A stretch of 64,000 bases of DNA from Vulcanimicrobiota bacterium (GCA_963786105.1 CAWAXX010000008.1:31667-95666); one strand, 5' to 3'; shown: positions 50,073 through 59,637, numbered from the stretch's first letter. Program-made: numbers and translations. Notes: a model not told the origin generated them from the sequence alone.

Positions 50073-51260
50073 TTGGAGCCGGCTCCCGAAATAGCTCTCG
50101 TTGGAGGCACGGTGTATGCCGCGCCGTCGCAAGAGCCGGTACGCGACGCGATCGTGCTGATCGGCGGAACGAAGATTCTCGAGGTTGGGACGCGCGCGCA
50201 CGTTCCGATTCCCGACGGCGTTCAAGCGTTCGATTGCTCCGGACGCTTCCTTACGGCCGGGTTTTGGAACAGCCACGTGCATTTCTTCGAGCGAAAATGG
50301 GCCGACGCTGCCGGCGCATCTGCCTGCGATCTGGCGCAACAACTTCAAGACTTCACGCGGTACGGATTTACGAGCGTCTTCGACCTGTCGTCGCGGTGGC
50401 AGAACACGCGCGACCTTCGAGGGCGTATCGATTCCGGCGAGATTGCCGGGCCAAAAATATACTCGACCGGCGAAGGGCTGGTCCCGCCGGATGCGATTCC
50501 GCCGGCCGACGTTTGCCGGGTCATGGGCTTAATGGAAACGCCGCTTCCCGAAGTGCGTACCGCACGGCAAGCGGCCGACTGCGCCAAAAAGCTCATCGAC
50601 GAGGGTACCGACGGAATCAAACTGTTTGCTTCATCGCCGCGAGGTACCCCGCTCGCCGGTGGCGCGATCGAGGCGGCCGTTGCTACCGCGCATGGCGCGG
50701 GACGCCCAGTCTTCGTTCACCCGAATACGACGGGCGACGCGTTGGCCGCGATTCTGGCCGGAGCCGACGTCGTCGCCCACACGACCCCACACTCCGGAAA
50801 TTGGGACGAAGCGGTGCTTTCCGAAATGCGCGCGCGGACGTGCGCGCTCGTGCCGACCCTCAAGCTGTGGTACGACGCGCTTCGCCACGATCGCGTTTCG
50901 GTACGTGACCGGTTGGTGCGGACCGCCGCGGCTCAACTTCGTTTGTGGCATGACGCCGGGGGAGCGGTGCTGTTTGGAACCGATCTTGGCGCCGTCGACT
51001 GCGATCCGACGCGCGAATACGCTTTGATGGACGGCGCCGGCATGCGCTTCGACGAGATCCTCGCGTCATTGACGATTGTTCCGGCCCAGAAGTTCGGATG
51101 CGCGGATCGCCTAGGTCGCATCTGCGCCGGCTTCCAAGCCGATCTCGTCGTCCTCGATGCCGACCCCGCACGTCGTGTTGAAAACCTTGCCGCAGTGACG
51201 GCGACGATGCGTGCCGGTGCGTTCGTCTACGGCGACGATCGCATCAGCACTTTCGCGTAA
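50073..51260 (+). CDS. Amidohydrolase-family protein
   Basis: GFWNSHVH, GIKLF, VFVH, LFGTD, GFQADLVVLD. Confidence 0.88.
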   Translation: MEPAPEIALVGGTVYAAPSQEPVRDAIVLIGGTKILEVGTRAHVPIPDGVQAFDCSGRFLTAGFWNSHVHFFERKWADAAGASACDLAQQLQDFTRYGFTSVFDLSSRWQNTRDLRGRIDSGEIAGPKIYSTGEGLVPPDAIPPADVCRVMGLMETPLPEVRTARQAADCAKKLIDEGTDGIKLFASSPRGTPLAGGAIEAAVATAHGAGRPVFVHPNTTGDALAAILAGADVVAHTTPHSGNWDEAVLSEMRARTCALVPTLKLWYDALRHDRVSVRDRLVRTAAAQLRLWHDAGGAVLFGTDLGAVDCDPTREYALMDGAGMRFDEILASLTIVPAQKFGCADRLGRICAGFQADLVVLDADPARRVENLAAVTATMRAGAFVYGDDRISTFA

Positions 51261-51909
51261 AGCTGTATCCTCCCCCGCGGATGTGCTTCCCATCGGAGGT
51301 AATCGTCATCGTGTGCGTGCCGTAATACGTGAGCGTTACGGTGTTTCCGTAGAGTCCCCAGTTTCCGGAAACCCCCTCGCTATCGGTCACACCGCCGTTC
51401 ACGTCCATTTGAAGTGTCAGGCTGGGCTTGTCGTCCGACGTCCACGTACCCACCAGGTTGGCGGTCGTGCAACCGGTCGGAATCGGCGTGGGGCTCGGGA
51501 GCGGTTTCACCGGTTTGCCGGAGAAGTTGTGCGCGACGTCGAGGCATAACGCGTCGGCCGGGTACGGATTTCCCGGTATCTGCACGACGCACGTAAAGGT
51601 CACGACGTAACCTTTTCCGACCGGATAGCAACGAACCACGGCGGCCGCCGTAGACGGTCCGTTGACGCCCAGCGGGCCGGTAGCGATCCACTCGCCGCTG
51701 CCCGCAGATTGCTCGGTGACGTTTTGCAAATAGGCGGTGAGTGCCGTTTTTGCCTTCGCGCTGCAGTCATCGGCCGAGCCGCTGGGAATGACGTAGCGGA
51801 TGCCCGTCGACATTTCGACCGCTGCGGGCGCCGCGGAAACGCACATCGCCGCGCTCAGAACGAAGGCGCCGACGAAGAGCCAGCGACGACTAGCCGACGT
51901 TAGTGCCAC
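51244..51909 (-). CDS. Secreted Cys-containing hypothetical protein (paralog B with extra C-domain)
   Basis: GGAGG plus GTG at 51909; signal peptide; DCSAKAKTAL..CYPV..VTFTC..LC; PT linker; LVGTW beta domain. Confidence 0.7.
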   Translation of the reverse strand: MALTSASRRWLFVGAFVLSAAMCVSAAPAAVEMSTGIRYVIPSGSADDCSAKAKTALTAYLQNVTEQSAGSGEWIATGPLGVNGPSTAAAVVRCYPVGKGYVVTFTCVVQIPGNPYPADALCLDVAHNFSGKPVKPLPSPTPIPTGCTTANLVGTWTSDDKPSLTLQMDVNGGVTDSEGVSGNWGLYGNTVTLTYYGTHTMTITSDGKHIRGGGYSFTRKC

Positions 51910-52346
51910 GGTACGCCTCCCCGCGCCGGCGTCGTTGCCAAGGCGGTTTTTTGAGCGGGAAATGCCGCCGCGAGTTTGGCGCACAGATTCGTCGCCGTAT
52001 CCGGATTCGGTGGGACTTCGACCGCGCACGTGAAGGTGACGTAGTAGCCGGTATCGACCGGATAGCAGTGGATGGCCGCCGTCGCGGAAGAATGACCCGA
52101 ACTGTCGAGTGGTCCGTAGGCTAGCCACTGTCCCGTTCCGTCGCCGGCTTCGAAGGCGTTCTGAAGGACCGAGTTCAACGCCGTTTTCGCTTTCGCGCTG
52201 CAATCGCTCACTGGCGCGTTCGCCACGGTGGTACGCGCGCCGACGACCATTTCGATTTCCGCGAGCGCTGCTGCGGTGAGCATTGCGATGCTGAGACAAA
52301 ACGCGACCGCAAAGCTTGCGAGTCGGTGGCGAGATGAACGATTCAC
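51900..52346 (-). CDS. Secreted Cys-containing hypothetical protein (paralog A)
   Basis: GGAGG RBS; signal peptide; same four-Cys pattern as the downstream gene. Confidence 0.7.
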   Translation of the reverse strand: MNRSSRHRLASFAVAFCLSIAMLTAAALAEIEMVVGARTTVANAPVSDCSAKAKTALNSVLQNAFEAGDGTGQWLAYGPLDSSGHSSATAAIHCYPVDTGYYVTFTCAVEVPPNPDTATNLCAKLAAAFPAQKTALATTPARGGVPWH

Positions 52347-52381
52347 GCTCGGCCCTCCTAAGGCGAGAACTCTGTTCGGCT

Positions 52382-52576
52382 TTACGTTAGGACGCCTTCT
52401 TTAATGCTGTGACGTATTTGCTCGCGCAGTTCGGGCGTATCGGCGTGGCCGTGCTTATCCACGGCGTGCCGGGTGGCGACTTCGAGGAGCTCGTCGGTGG
52501 TGTCGGCGGCGATGGCCACCGTGCAGTTCGATTCGCTGGGGAATTCGCGACAATCTATCACTTTGCGCGCCATCGT
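52382..52576 (-). CDS. DUF1059-like small metal-binding protein
   Basis: RKVIDCREFPSESNCTVAIAAD..HAVDKHGH. Confidence 0.8.
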   Translation of the reverse strand, partial: TMARKVIDCREFPSESNCTVAIAADTTDELLEVATRHAVDKHGHADTPELREQIRHSIKEGVLT

Positions 52577-52651
52577 CATTCTCCGATCACCGCGCAATCC
52601 GCGCGGTAGGCAATTATAGTGCTGGTTTTGGACGGGGTCAAATTCCTGGAT

Positions 52652-53011
52652 TCACTCGGTTTTAACGAGACCGACGACGTGACCCTCGGGATCGGTGAAC
52701 AGCGCAATCGTCGGGCCGCCCGGGACTTTGTCGGGAGGCATCATGATCTTGCCGCCCAACGATCCGATTTTCTTCAGGGCGGCGTCGAGGTCGGGAGCTT
52801 CGATATAGAACGTCACGTGTCCGTCGTAGCCTTCCGCCCCGCCGCCGATCCCGCCCGCGATGCCGCCCTCTCCCCGCGGGCGCGCCATCGCGTAGCCGTT
52901 AGCCTCGGCCATCGGCGGACCGACTTCCCAATCGAAGGCTTGCGCGTAGAAGTTCCGCAGTGCTGCCGGATCCTTCCCGAGCACTTCAAAATGTACCACG
53001 TGATTTGCCAT
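52652..53011 (-). CDS. VOC/glyoxalase-family protein
   Basis: VVHFEV..FYAQAFDW..FTDPEGHVVGL. Confidence 0.9.
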   Translation of the reverse strand: MANHVVHFEVLGKDPAALRNFYAQAFDWEVGPPMAEANGYAMARPRGEGGIAGGIGGGAEGYDGHVTFYIEAPDLDAALKKIGSLGGKIMMPPDKVPGGPTIALFTDPEGHVVGLVKTE

Positions 53012-53056
53012 GGTGCTGTCCTTTCCGCGTCGATATTCGTCTGGTTTGGAAGCGAA

Positions 53057-53521
53057 CTACGAGTTTGGCCCGGTTAACTCTTTCTCGCCGCTCGGGCAAA
53101 ACGACTCGTGAAACGAATGGGCCACGTAATAGGCGTGGATGTCGTAGTGCGGGATCGGGTAGCCGGTGTGGCCGTAGGGCACGTATTCGATATCGACGTG
53201 ATCGATGGTATATCCGGGAAGCGGCCTTAAGACTTCAACGTAGCTCTTGCCGGCGGCGAACGCTTTCTTGTCGATCATGACTTCGCTGAACACGGGCTTG
53301 CCCTGATAGACGCCGTAAATGGGACCCAACGGCAAGTTCTTTGGATTTGCCCAGTGTTCGCCCATCGCCTTGATGCACGGCGACACGAGGAGTGCATCCG
53401 CCGGCATGCCTGCGGGCCGGACCTTCGGCTGCGGCGGTAACGGCGGCATTGCCTGCGCCGCGAATGCCGCCGCTCCACTCGATGCCAGCATCAGAACCAG
53501 AGTGAGAATGCGAAAAACCAT
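53057..53521 (-). CDS. Secreted His-rich hypothetical protein (DUF5602-like)
   Basis: Signal peptide; MGEHW, IDHVDI, GHTGYPIPHYDIHAY. Confidence 0.6.
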   Translation of the reverse strand: MVFRILTLVLMLASSGAAAFAAQAMPPLPPQPKVRPAGMPADALLVSPCIKAMGEHWANPKNLPLGPIYGVYQGKPVFSEVMIDKKAFAAGKSYVEVLRPLPGYTIDHVDIEYVPYGHTGYPIPHYDIHAYYVAHSFHESFCPSGEKELTGPNS

Positions 53522-53531
53522 ACCTCCTCCT

Positions 53532-54785
53532 TTACGGATATCCGTGACTCAAGTCGACTTCCGCGAAGTGGTGCATCCGGGGCTGCGCACGCCCCGGGTC
53601 GAGTCGCCTTTCAATGTGTCCCTGCAGATCCTCGAACGCACTCGGATTGCTTCCATAGACGTACTGGCGGGTGTTCACGAGGAAGGCGTAATGGGTGGCG
53701 TTCGGCATCTGTTCGGCCCAGGTGTTCGTTCCGGGCATCGATCCTTCGCGCGCCCAATCGGCGCGGGGTTGCGGCGTGCCGACACCCCAGATGAGATAGC
53801 GCTTCATGAACGCCAGCATCGAATCGGCATTGGTTGCTATGGCCGACGCGCCCCCGGCAACTTCGAGTACCATGTCGTCCCCACCGTACGGGTAGGGATA
53901 CCGCTTGTTGGATTTCACGTACACGGCCGATAGGCCGTCGTATGCGGAGTAGTACTTCGCAACTTCCTCGGAAAGCCGCCTGCCGACGGTCGGCGAGATC
54001 TCGACGTTCTTGACGCCGAGCGAAGCCGCGACGTAGCGCGCGACGTAGTCGGCGTAGCTCAACCCCGACGCCTTCGCAACGACCATGCCCAGCACCGTAT
54101 AGCAGAAGTTACAATACGCATAGGTGGTACCCGGCGGTTCCTGCAACGGTTGGGGCAACTGAAATCGAACGTAGTCGACCTGGCTCACGGCGCGTTTGAG
54201 ATGAAGCGCCAGCGCGATCTCGCGCATCGCGAACGTTGGATCGTAATAGGGCGGTTTTGAATCGTCCCATCCCGATTCGTGAAGAATCATGTCCTCGATC
54301 GTGATGTCGTAGACGCGTTTATCGACTTTTGCGTTCGTGGGAAGCGGTTTTGTAATGCCGAGGTAGTTGAAGACTTTGGCGTTCGGGTCGATCTTTCCCG
54401 ACTTGATGAGATCGTACAGCGCGCCCGACGTCCACGCCTTGGTGTTGCTCGCAAGCCGCATAATCGTCGAGGGTCGCGTCGTCGATGCCGCCAGGCCGTG
54501 GTATGTATACGCGTGCGAAAACGTCGTCTTGCCCTTGACGGAAACCGCGAGCTGCGCGTTTGGAACTTGCTGCGCGACCATGAATTGCACGACCAGACGG
54601 TCGAGTGCCGGATCGTTCCCCGGGCCGTCGATCGAAATCGGCGAATTCGCCGGCGTCGCTGCAACCTCGGCGGGCGCGGGAACGAGTGCCGCCCCGGTCG
54701 ATCCCGGCCGGCCCGCGCACGCAACCAAGAGCGCGACCACCGCGAGAGGAACGGCCAAGGCAATAGGACTGCCCAGGTTGGTCAA
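53532..54785 (-). CDS. Serine hydrolase (beta-lactamase class C-like) lipoprotein
   Basis: Lipobox LVAC; SxxK (ASNTK), LHESG, YxN (YCNF), EGSMPG. Confidence 0.85.
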   Translation of the reverse strand: MTNLGSPIALAVPLAVVALLVACAGRPGSTGAALVPAPAEVAATPANSPISIDGPGNDPALDRLVVQFMVAQQVPNAQLAVSVKGKTTFSHAYTYHGLAASTTRPSTIMRLASNTKAWTSGALYDLIKSGKIDPNAKVFNYLGITKPLPTNAKVDKRVYDITIEDMILHESGWDDSKPPYYDPTFAMREIALALHLKRAVSQVDYVRFQLPQPLQEPPGTTYAYCNFCYTVLGMVVAKASGLSYADYVARYVAASLGVKNVEISPTVGRRLSEEVAKYYSAYDGLSAVYVKSNKRYPYPYGGDDMVLEVAGGASAIATNADSMLAFMKRYLIWGVGTPQPRADWAREGSMPGTNTWAEQMPNATHYAFLVNTRQYVYGSNPSAFEDLQGHIERRLDPGRAQPRMHHFAEVDLSHGYP

Positions 54786-54920
54786 GCGCTGACTCCCTTA
54801 AGTTAAACCCGAATTGCAAGGATTCTATCGGGTAGCATCTTCCCCTTGAGTCCTCGAGGACGAGCGACCCGAGCGCGGAAGGGGGCGCCGAGCGAAAACC
54901 CGTACGCCGCCTAGCAGCAC

Positions 54921-55553
54921 ATGCTGAGCTCCATCGTCGGTGCGGCGATAACCGCCTTCGTCGCATTGTTTCCGATCGTGAATCCGATCGGCGGCCTCGC
55001 CGTGTTCTTTTCGCTTACGTCGAACGACACCGAGTCCGAGCGCCGCTCCGCGGCCGCGCGCATTTCGTTGTACGTGATCGCGATTCTGGTGGCGTTTGCG
55101 CTCGGAGGCTCGTACGTACTCGAGTTCTTCGGCATCTCACTGTCCGCGCTGCGCATTGCCGGCGGTCTCATCGTGGCGCACACCGCCTGGACGATGGTCA
55201 CCGCTTCCAGCCGCCTGACGGCGGCCGAGAACGCGGAGGCTGCCAAAAAGGCCGACATCGCATTTTCGCCGATGGCGATGCCGATGCTAGCCGGACCGGG
55301 GGCCATCGGCGTCGTCATGGCCCTCGCGGCGCGCCCGGATCCGATCACCTGGATGATCGGCATAGTCCTGGCCGTGATCGTGATGAGCGCCATCATTTAC
55401 GTGCTGTTGCGCGCGGGCGCGCCGCTGGCTAAGCGCCTAGGCCCCGGTGCTCTGGGCGCGATCGATCGTATTCTGGGCTTCTTGATTCTCGCGATCGCCA
55501 TCGAGCTGATCATCACCGGTTTTCGCGGCGTGTATCCCAAATTCGGGATCTGA
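54921..55553 (+). CDS. MarC-family membrane protein
   Basis: LFPIVNPIG, FGISLSALRIAGG, PMAMPMLAGPGAI, RILGFLILAIAI. Confidence 0.92.
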   Translation: MLSSIVGAAITAFVALFPIVNPIGGLAVFFSLTSNDTESERRSAAARISLYVIAILVAFALGGSYVLEFFGISLSALRIAGGLIVAHTAWTMVTASSRLTAAENAEAAKKADIAFSPMAMPMLAGPGAIGVVMALAARPDPITWMIGIVLAVIVMSAIIYVLLRAGAPLAKRLGPGALGAIDRILGFLILAIAIELIITGFRGVYPKFGI

Positions 55554-55672
55554 CGCAGGCATTTTAGCCAAATCCACAAGCGCTACGTTCCACTTGGACA
55601 AAGGCGGCTGCCGGAGGCTGCCCAATTGGAATGGGTAACACGCGACCCGTTTGAAGGAGACAACGAGCGAGG

Positions 55673-57127
55673 ATGACGACGAGAATGCAACCCGTGAATC
55701 CAGCGGACCTTCGCGACTTTCTTACGCTCACGTACGGCGAGCTCGAGGATCTCAATCTTAGCGCGAAACAGCAACGGAAAGATCGAGCCGCCGCCCACCA
55801 GCTCGCCGAAGAGCGCCTGAGTTATTTAGCCGGCGAGAAACGCATCAAAGCGGTAACCGTGCTGTTCAGCGATCTCGAGGGACGTCTGCACATGCTCGAT
55901 TACGACAAAAAGTTTTTGCTCAACTCACACGACAACCTTACCTTCGACGGCTCGTCGATTCGCGGCTTCACGCCCCAGCGCGAGAGCGATTTGCGGCTGG
56001 CCCTCGATTGGAGCGCATTTTACTGGGGGCCGGCCGATATCTTCGGCCCCGGCAAAGTGCTGGTCTTCAGCGATGTGCTCGCTCGCGACGGTTCGCCGTT
56101 TGCCGGCGATATTCGCGGCATTCTCAAGAGGCTTTCGAACGACTCCTATGCAGCCGACGGTCTCACGCTCAATGCGGCAAATGAGATTGAAGGCTTTCTC
56201 TTTCAGGGGCTCGATGCCGAGCGCCACTACCATGAAACGGGGAAGTTCGAGTACGTCAACACCGGCGGCTACTATCATTCTCTGCCCGGCGATCCGCTGC
56301 GGACGTTCATCGACTCGGTCGCCGAAGTGCAACGCGCGATGGGATTCCAGAACGAGAAAGATCATCCCGAAGTCGCTCCCTCGCAGTTCGAAATCAACTA
56401 CGGCTACGGCGAAGTCGTGGCTGCTGCCGACCAAATTCAGCTCTACAAACTGATCTGTCGGCAGGTCGCCACCCGGCTCGGTATGACGGCCAGCTTCCTT
56501 CCCAAACCGGTCTTAGGTGTGAACGGCAGTGGCATGCACACCAACGTCTCGGTCAGCAGGGACGGCAAGAACTTGTTTTGGGATCCGAACGGCGTCGAGC
56601 AGTTAAGCCCGTTCGCCTGGGAGTTCGCCGATCGCATCCTGACGCACGGCGCCGACGTCTGTCTGATGCTCAACTCGAGCGTAAACGCGTACCGCCGCCT
56701 CGATCCGCACTTCGAAGCGCCGAATCAGATCAAAGCGTCGGCGGTCGACCGCGGCGCGATGGTGCGCGTTCCGATCGGCAACGAACGCAGCTCGCGCATC
56801 GAACTTCGCTCGGTGGCGCCCGATGCCAATCCATACATGGTGATGCTAGCCGTCTTCAAGACCGGATTGCACGGTCGTATCAGCGAAGACAAGAACCTTC
56901 GACAAGCCGATCGCTATCTGCCGGACAACATTTACGACGCGCTGTCGGACTTCCGCGCATCGTCGTGGACGACTGCGCTCCTCGGCGACGATGTGAAAGA
57001 ACGCTACGCCGAGCTCAAACAGGCGAGCGCCGATCGCTGTCCGCGACTACTGGGAACCTTTGTGAAAGCGCAAGAAGTGCAGTACCACCACGAAGTCTAC
57101 AATCAGTATCTCTGGAATTTATTCTAG
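55673..57127 (+). CDS. glnA: Glutamine synthetase (type I-like)
   Basis: FDGSSIRGF, NEIEGF, HPEVAPSQFEI, PKPVLGVNGSGMHTN, RRLDPHFEAP, RIELRSVAPDANPY. Confidence 0.85.
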   Translation: MTTRMQPVNPADLRDFLTLTYGELEDLNLSAKQQRKDRAAAHQLAEERLSYLAGEKRIKAVTVLFSDLEGRLHMLDYDKKFLLNSHDNLTFDGSSIRGFTPQRESDLRLALDWSAFYWGPADIFGPGKVLVFSDVLARDGSPFAGDIRGILKRLSNDSYAADGLTLNAANEIEGFLFQGLDAERHYHETGKFEYVNTGGYYHSLPGDPLRTFIDSVAEVQRAMGFQNEKDHPEVAPSQFEINYGYGEVVAAADQIQLYKLICRQVATRLGMTASFLPKPVLGVNGSGMHTNVSVSRDGKNLFWDPNGVEQLSPFAWEFADRILTHGADVCLMLNSSVNAYRRLDPHFEAPNQIKASAVDRGAMVRVPIGNERSSRIELRSVAPDANPYMVMLAVFKTGLHGRISEDKNLRQADRYLPDNIYDALSDFRASSWTTALLGDDVKERYAELKQASADRCPRLLGTFVKAQEVQYHHEVYNQYLWNLF

Positions 57128-57140
57128 CACCCTCGCAACT

Positions 57141-57311
57141 TTAGTGCCCCAAATGCCAGCCGTGCAATACGCACGCGTACGGTGCGAGCCTTACGCTGGT
57201 TCGAGGGATCGCCCGCTCGGCGAGTTTCTTGGTTGCGAACGCCGCTTTAGGCGAGCCGTTCTTGTTGTAGCACGAGCGCACGCCGCCGCTCTTGCGCGGC
57301 TTCGTGGGCAC
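57141..57311 (-). CDS. Small basic putative Zn-binding protein (56 aa, not in the ORF track)
   Basis: Manual translation MPTKPRKSGGVRSCYNKNGSPKAAFATKKLAERAIPRTSVRLAPYACVLHGWHLGH; GTG 3 nt after the desaturase stop. Confidence 0.6.
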   Translation of the reverse strand: MPTKPRKSGGVRSCYNKNGSPKAAFATKKLAERAIPRTSVRLAPYACVLHGWHLGH

Positions 57312-57314
57312 GAC

Positions 57315-58187
57315 TTATAGGCCGGCTCGCGCAGCCGGCTTGGCGACGCTCTGCGCTACCTCGCGCAGGCGCTGCTGCATGAGCTTGCTCGGAATCTTGA
57401 TGCTGTCCGCTAAGCGCAGGAACGCCAGCAGCTTGACGTGCCACCACGTCATGTCGATCTCGAACCAGCGCAAACCGTGCCGAGCCGAGAACGGAAACGC
57501 ATGGTGGTTGTTGTGCCAGCCTTCACCAAACGAAATCAGCGCGACCCACCAGCAGTTGGTCGATTGGTCGCCGGTGCGGAAGGTTCGGTAGCCTAGCATG
57601 TGAGCCGCACTGTTGACCAGCCACGTCGAGTGGTAGCTCAAGACCAAACGCACGAAGATGCCCCAAATCACGAAAGGCCAACCGCCCAGCGCAAAGAGCA
57701 GAAGCCCGAGGGCGATCTGCAAAGGCAGGCTCATCCATTGCAACGCGCGGTAGAACGGCTCGGCGTAGAGATCGGGCGCGTAGTGCCGCATCTCCTCTTC
57801 GGTCGGCAGCGCGACGTTGTGCTGGTAGATCCAGTCGACGTGCGCCCACTTAAAGCCGAGATGGATGCTGTGCGGATCGCCTTCCTGGTCGGCATGGGCG
57901 TGATGCTTGCGGTGCACGGCGACCCATCGAATGGGGTCGCCCTGCAGCGCCAGCGTCCCAAAAATCGCTAGCAAGTACTCCAGCGGCTTGCGCAAGCGCA
58001 AGCTCCGGTGCGTCAGCGTGCGATGGTAGCAGAGGGTTACGCCCAGCGCTCCGGTCAGGTAAGAAACCACGGCCAAGACGATGAGAACCGGCCAGTGGAA
58101 GAATGCCGGCCATAAGGCGGCGAGCGCGACGAGGTGGATACCGATGAGCCCCAGGCCCTTTAGGCGGCTAAGCGTGTCTTGACTCAT
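57315..58187 (-). CDS. Delta-9 acyl-lipid/acyl-CoA desaturase
   Basis: His boxes HRTLTH, HRKHH and HNNHH. Confidence 0.93.
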   Translation of the reverse strand: MSQDTLSRLKGLGLIGIHLVALAALWPAFFHWPVLIVLAVVSYLTGALGVTLCYHRTLTHRSLRLRKPLEYLLAIFGTLALQGDPIRWVAVHRKHHAHADQEGDPHSIHLGFKWAHVDWIYQHNVALPTEEEMRHYAPDLYAEPFYRALQWMSLPLQIALGLLLFALGGWPFVIWGIFVRLVLSYHSTWLVNSAAHMLGYRTFRTGDQSTNCWWVALISFGEGWHNNHHAFPFSARHGLRWFEIDMTWWHVKLLAFLRLADSIKIPSKLMQQRLREVAQSVAKPAARAGL

Positions 58188-58202
58188 GATGCTTCCCGAA
58201 GA

Positions 58203-58235
58203 AGATAAAAGAAAGCCCGCGGGAGGCGGGCTCTC
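58203..58235 (-). terminator. Intrinsic terminator after the zinc-ribbon gene
   Basis: AGCCCGC/GCGGGCT hairpin followed by a U-rich tract on the minus strand. Confidence 0.6.
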
Positions 58236-58269
58236 TTCATTGCAATCGCGCTAACGAGCGAACGGGGGG

Positions 58270-58569
58270 TTAGCGGTAGCTGGGACGTGACGCGAAGCAA
58301 TCGCGGCAATATACCGGCTTGTCGCCGCGGGGCTGGAACGGAACCTCAGCTACGCCGCCGCACTGGCTGCAGGTGGCTTTGAACATCTCGCGATGCCCGC
58401 CGCCGCCGCTGCCACCCTGCGAACGGCCGGCCTTGCGGGCCGCACGACAGTCGCTGCAACGGTTGGGCTTATTGGTGAAGCCCTTCATGGCAAAAAATTC
58501 TTGTTCGCCTGCGGTGAACGGGAACTGACGCCCGCAGTCAACGCAGGTGAGCATTTCATTGGTGTACAT
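58270..58569 (-). CDS. Zinc-ribbon plus CxxC-x17-CxxC domain protein
   Basis: CVDC..FTAGEQEFF..RCSDCR and CSQC..VPFQPRGDKPVYCRDCF. Confidence 0.92.
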   Translation of the reverse strand: MYTNEMLTCVDCGRQFPFTAGEQEFFAMKGFTNKPNRCSDCRAARKAGRSQGGSGGGGHREMFKATCSQCGGVAEVPFQPRGDKPVYCRDCFASRPSYR

Positions 58570-58832
58570 CTAAACTAACGAGTCTCCTGAAATAATTGGT
58601 GTTTGTTCTCCGGATCCGACTCGCTAGTACTTGGAACGTGACTCGCGGACTTCGAAGCCTGGGTAACCAGAACACTATACACTATTCCGAGCCGAAACGT
58701 TCCACCGCCAGGCGAAAGAATTTTTGCCGGACGATCGCCCGCCGCTCCCTCGGACCTTCTTACGCCTTGTTCGGGTAGGGCGGCCTGTGAGATACTACCC
58801 ACGCTTCATCCGCCATCGTAGAAGGAGACCGA

Positions 58833-59144
58833 TTGGCCCGTCCAGGTCGTAAAACCAACCGTAGCCGCAAAGCCCCCACCACGCAGCCCAGCGCCCCCGA
58901 CACTTCGAAAGAAGCTCCGCTGGAACTGTTCGGAACCATCAAACAGGTCTTTCCCAGCACGACTTTTGCGGTCGAGCTGGAGAACGGCCACACCGTCCTG
59001 GCGCACATCGCCGGCCGGCTCCGCCGCCATCGGATCAAGCTGCTGCTCGGCGACCGGGTGGAGCTGGAAATGTCGCCCTACGACCTCACCAAGGCCCGAA
59101 TCGTGTACCGGTACCGGGCCGGCGAAGCCCGCCGCCCTCACTAG
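58833..59144 (+). CDS. infA: Translation initiation factor IF-1 with N-terminal extension
   Basis: FAVELENGHTVLAHIAGRLRRHRIKLLLGDRVELEMSPYDLTKARIVYR; AAGGAG RBS. Confidence 0.92.
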   Translation: MARPGRKTNRSRKAPTTQPSAPDTSKEAPLELFGTIKQVFPSTTFAVELENGHTVLAHIAGRLRRHRIKLLLGDRVELEMSPYDLTKARIVYRYRAGEARRPH

Positions 59145-59237
59145 CCCAAGCGAGGTTTCCGCCCTCGATTCCCCGAACAGACGTTCGGTGGTAGTTCGGG
59201 CTGGCATCCGGGTGAAGAGCATGGTAGGATGAGCGCT

Positions 59238-59363
59238 GTTGCCGGTCCGGCCGGCGACCAAATCCGGTCAGACGACCGGTGGTGCCGCGAAATATCGCGC
59301 CACCTGGCTAGGGTCTCGCCGATCATCCTTCGACCGGTAATGAAGGGCGGCGTGGCCGGCAAC
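59238..59363 (+). ncRNA. Candidate structured leader RNA upstream of rpsR
   Basis: Closing stem GTTGCCGGTC/GGCCGGCAAC enclosing several hairpins; CTGGCA-N18-TAGGAT promoter-like element just upstream. Confidence 0.45.
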
Positions 59364-59385
59364 CACCTAGTCGAAAGGACAACCT

Positions 59386-59631
59386 GTGGCAACCAAGACG
59401 AAGCGCGCCGTCAAAGACCGGCGTCCGAAGCGTAAGCCGTGCAGTTTTTGCGCGGACAAAATCAACGAAGTGAGCTACCGCGAGGTGGGCCGCTTAAAGA
59501 AATACGTTTCCGAGCGCGGGAAAATCGTTCCTCGCCGCATCTCCGGCAACTGCGCCAAGCACCAGCGAAACCTCACGGTCGCGATCAAGCGGGCGCGTAT
59601 CATTGCTTTCCTCCCCTACGTTTCGGAGTAG
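59386..59631 (+). CDS. rpsR: 30S ribosomal protein S18 (Cys-containing form)
   Basis: [37 protein letters not shown]. Confidence 0.97.
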   Translation: MATKTKRAVKDRRPKRKPCSFCADKINEVSYREVGRLKKYVSERGKIVPRRISGNCAKHQRNLTVAIKRARIIAFLPYVSE

Positions 59632-59637
59632 ACGATC

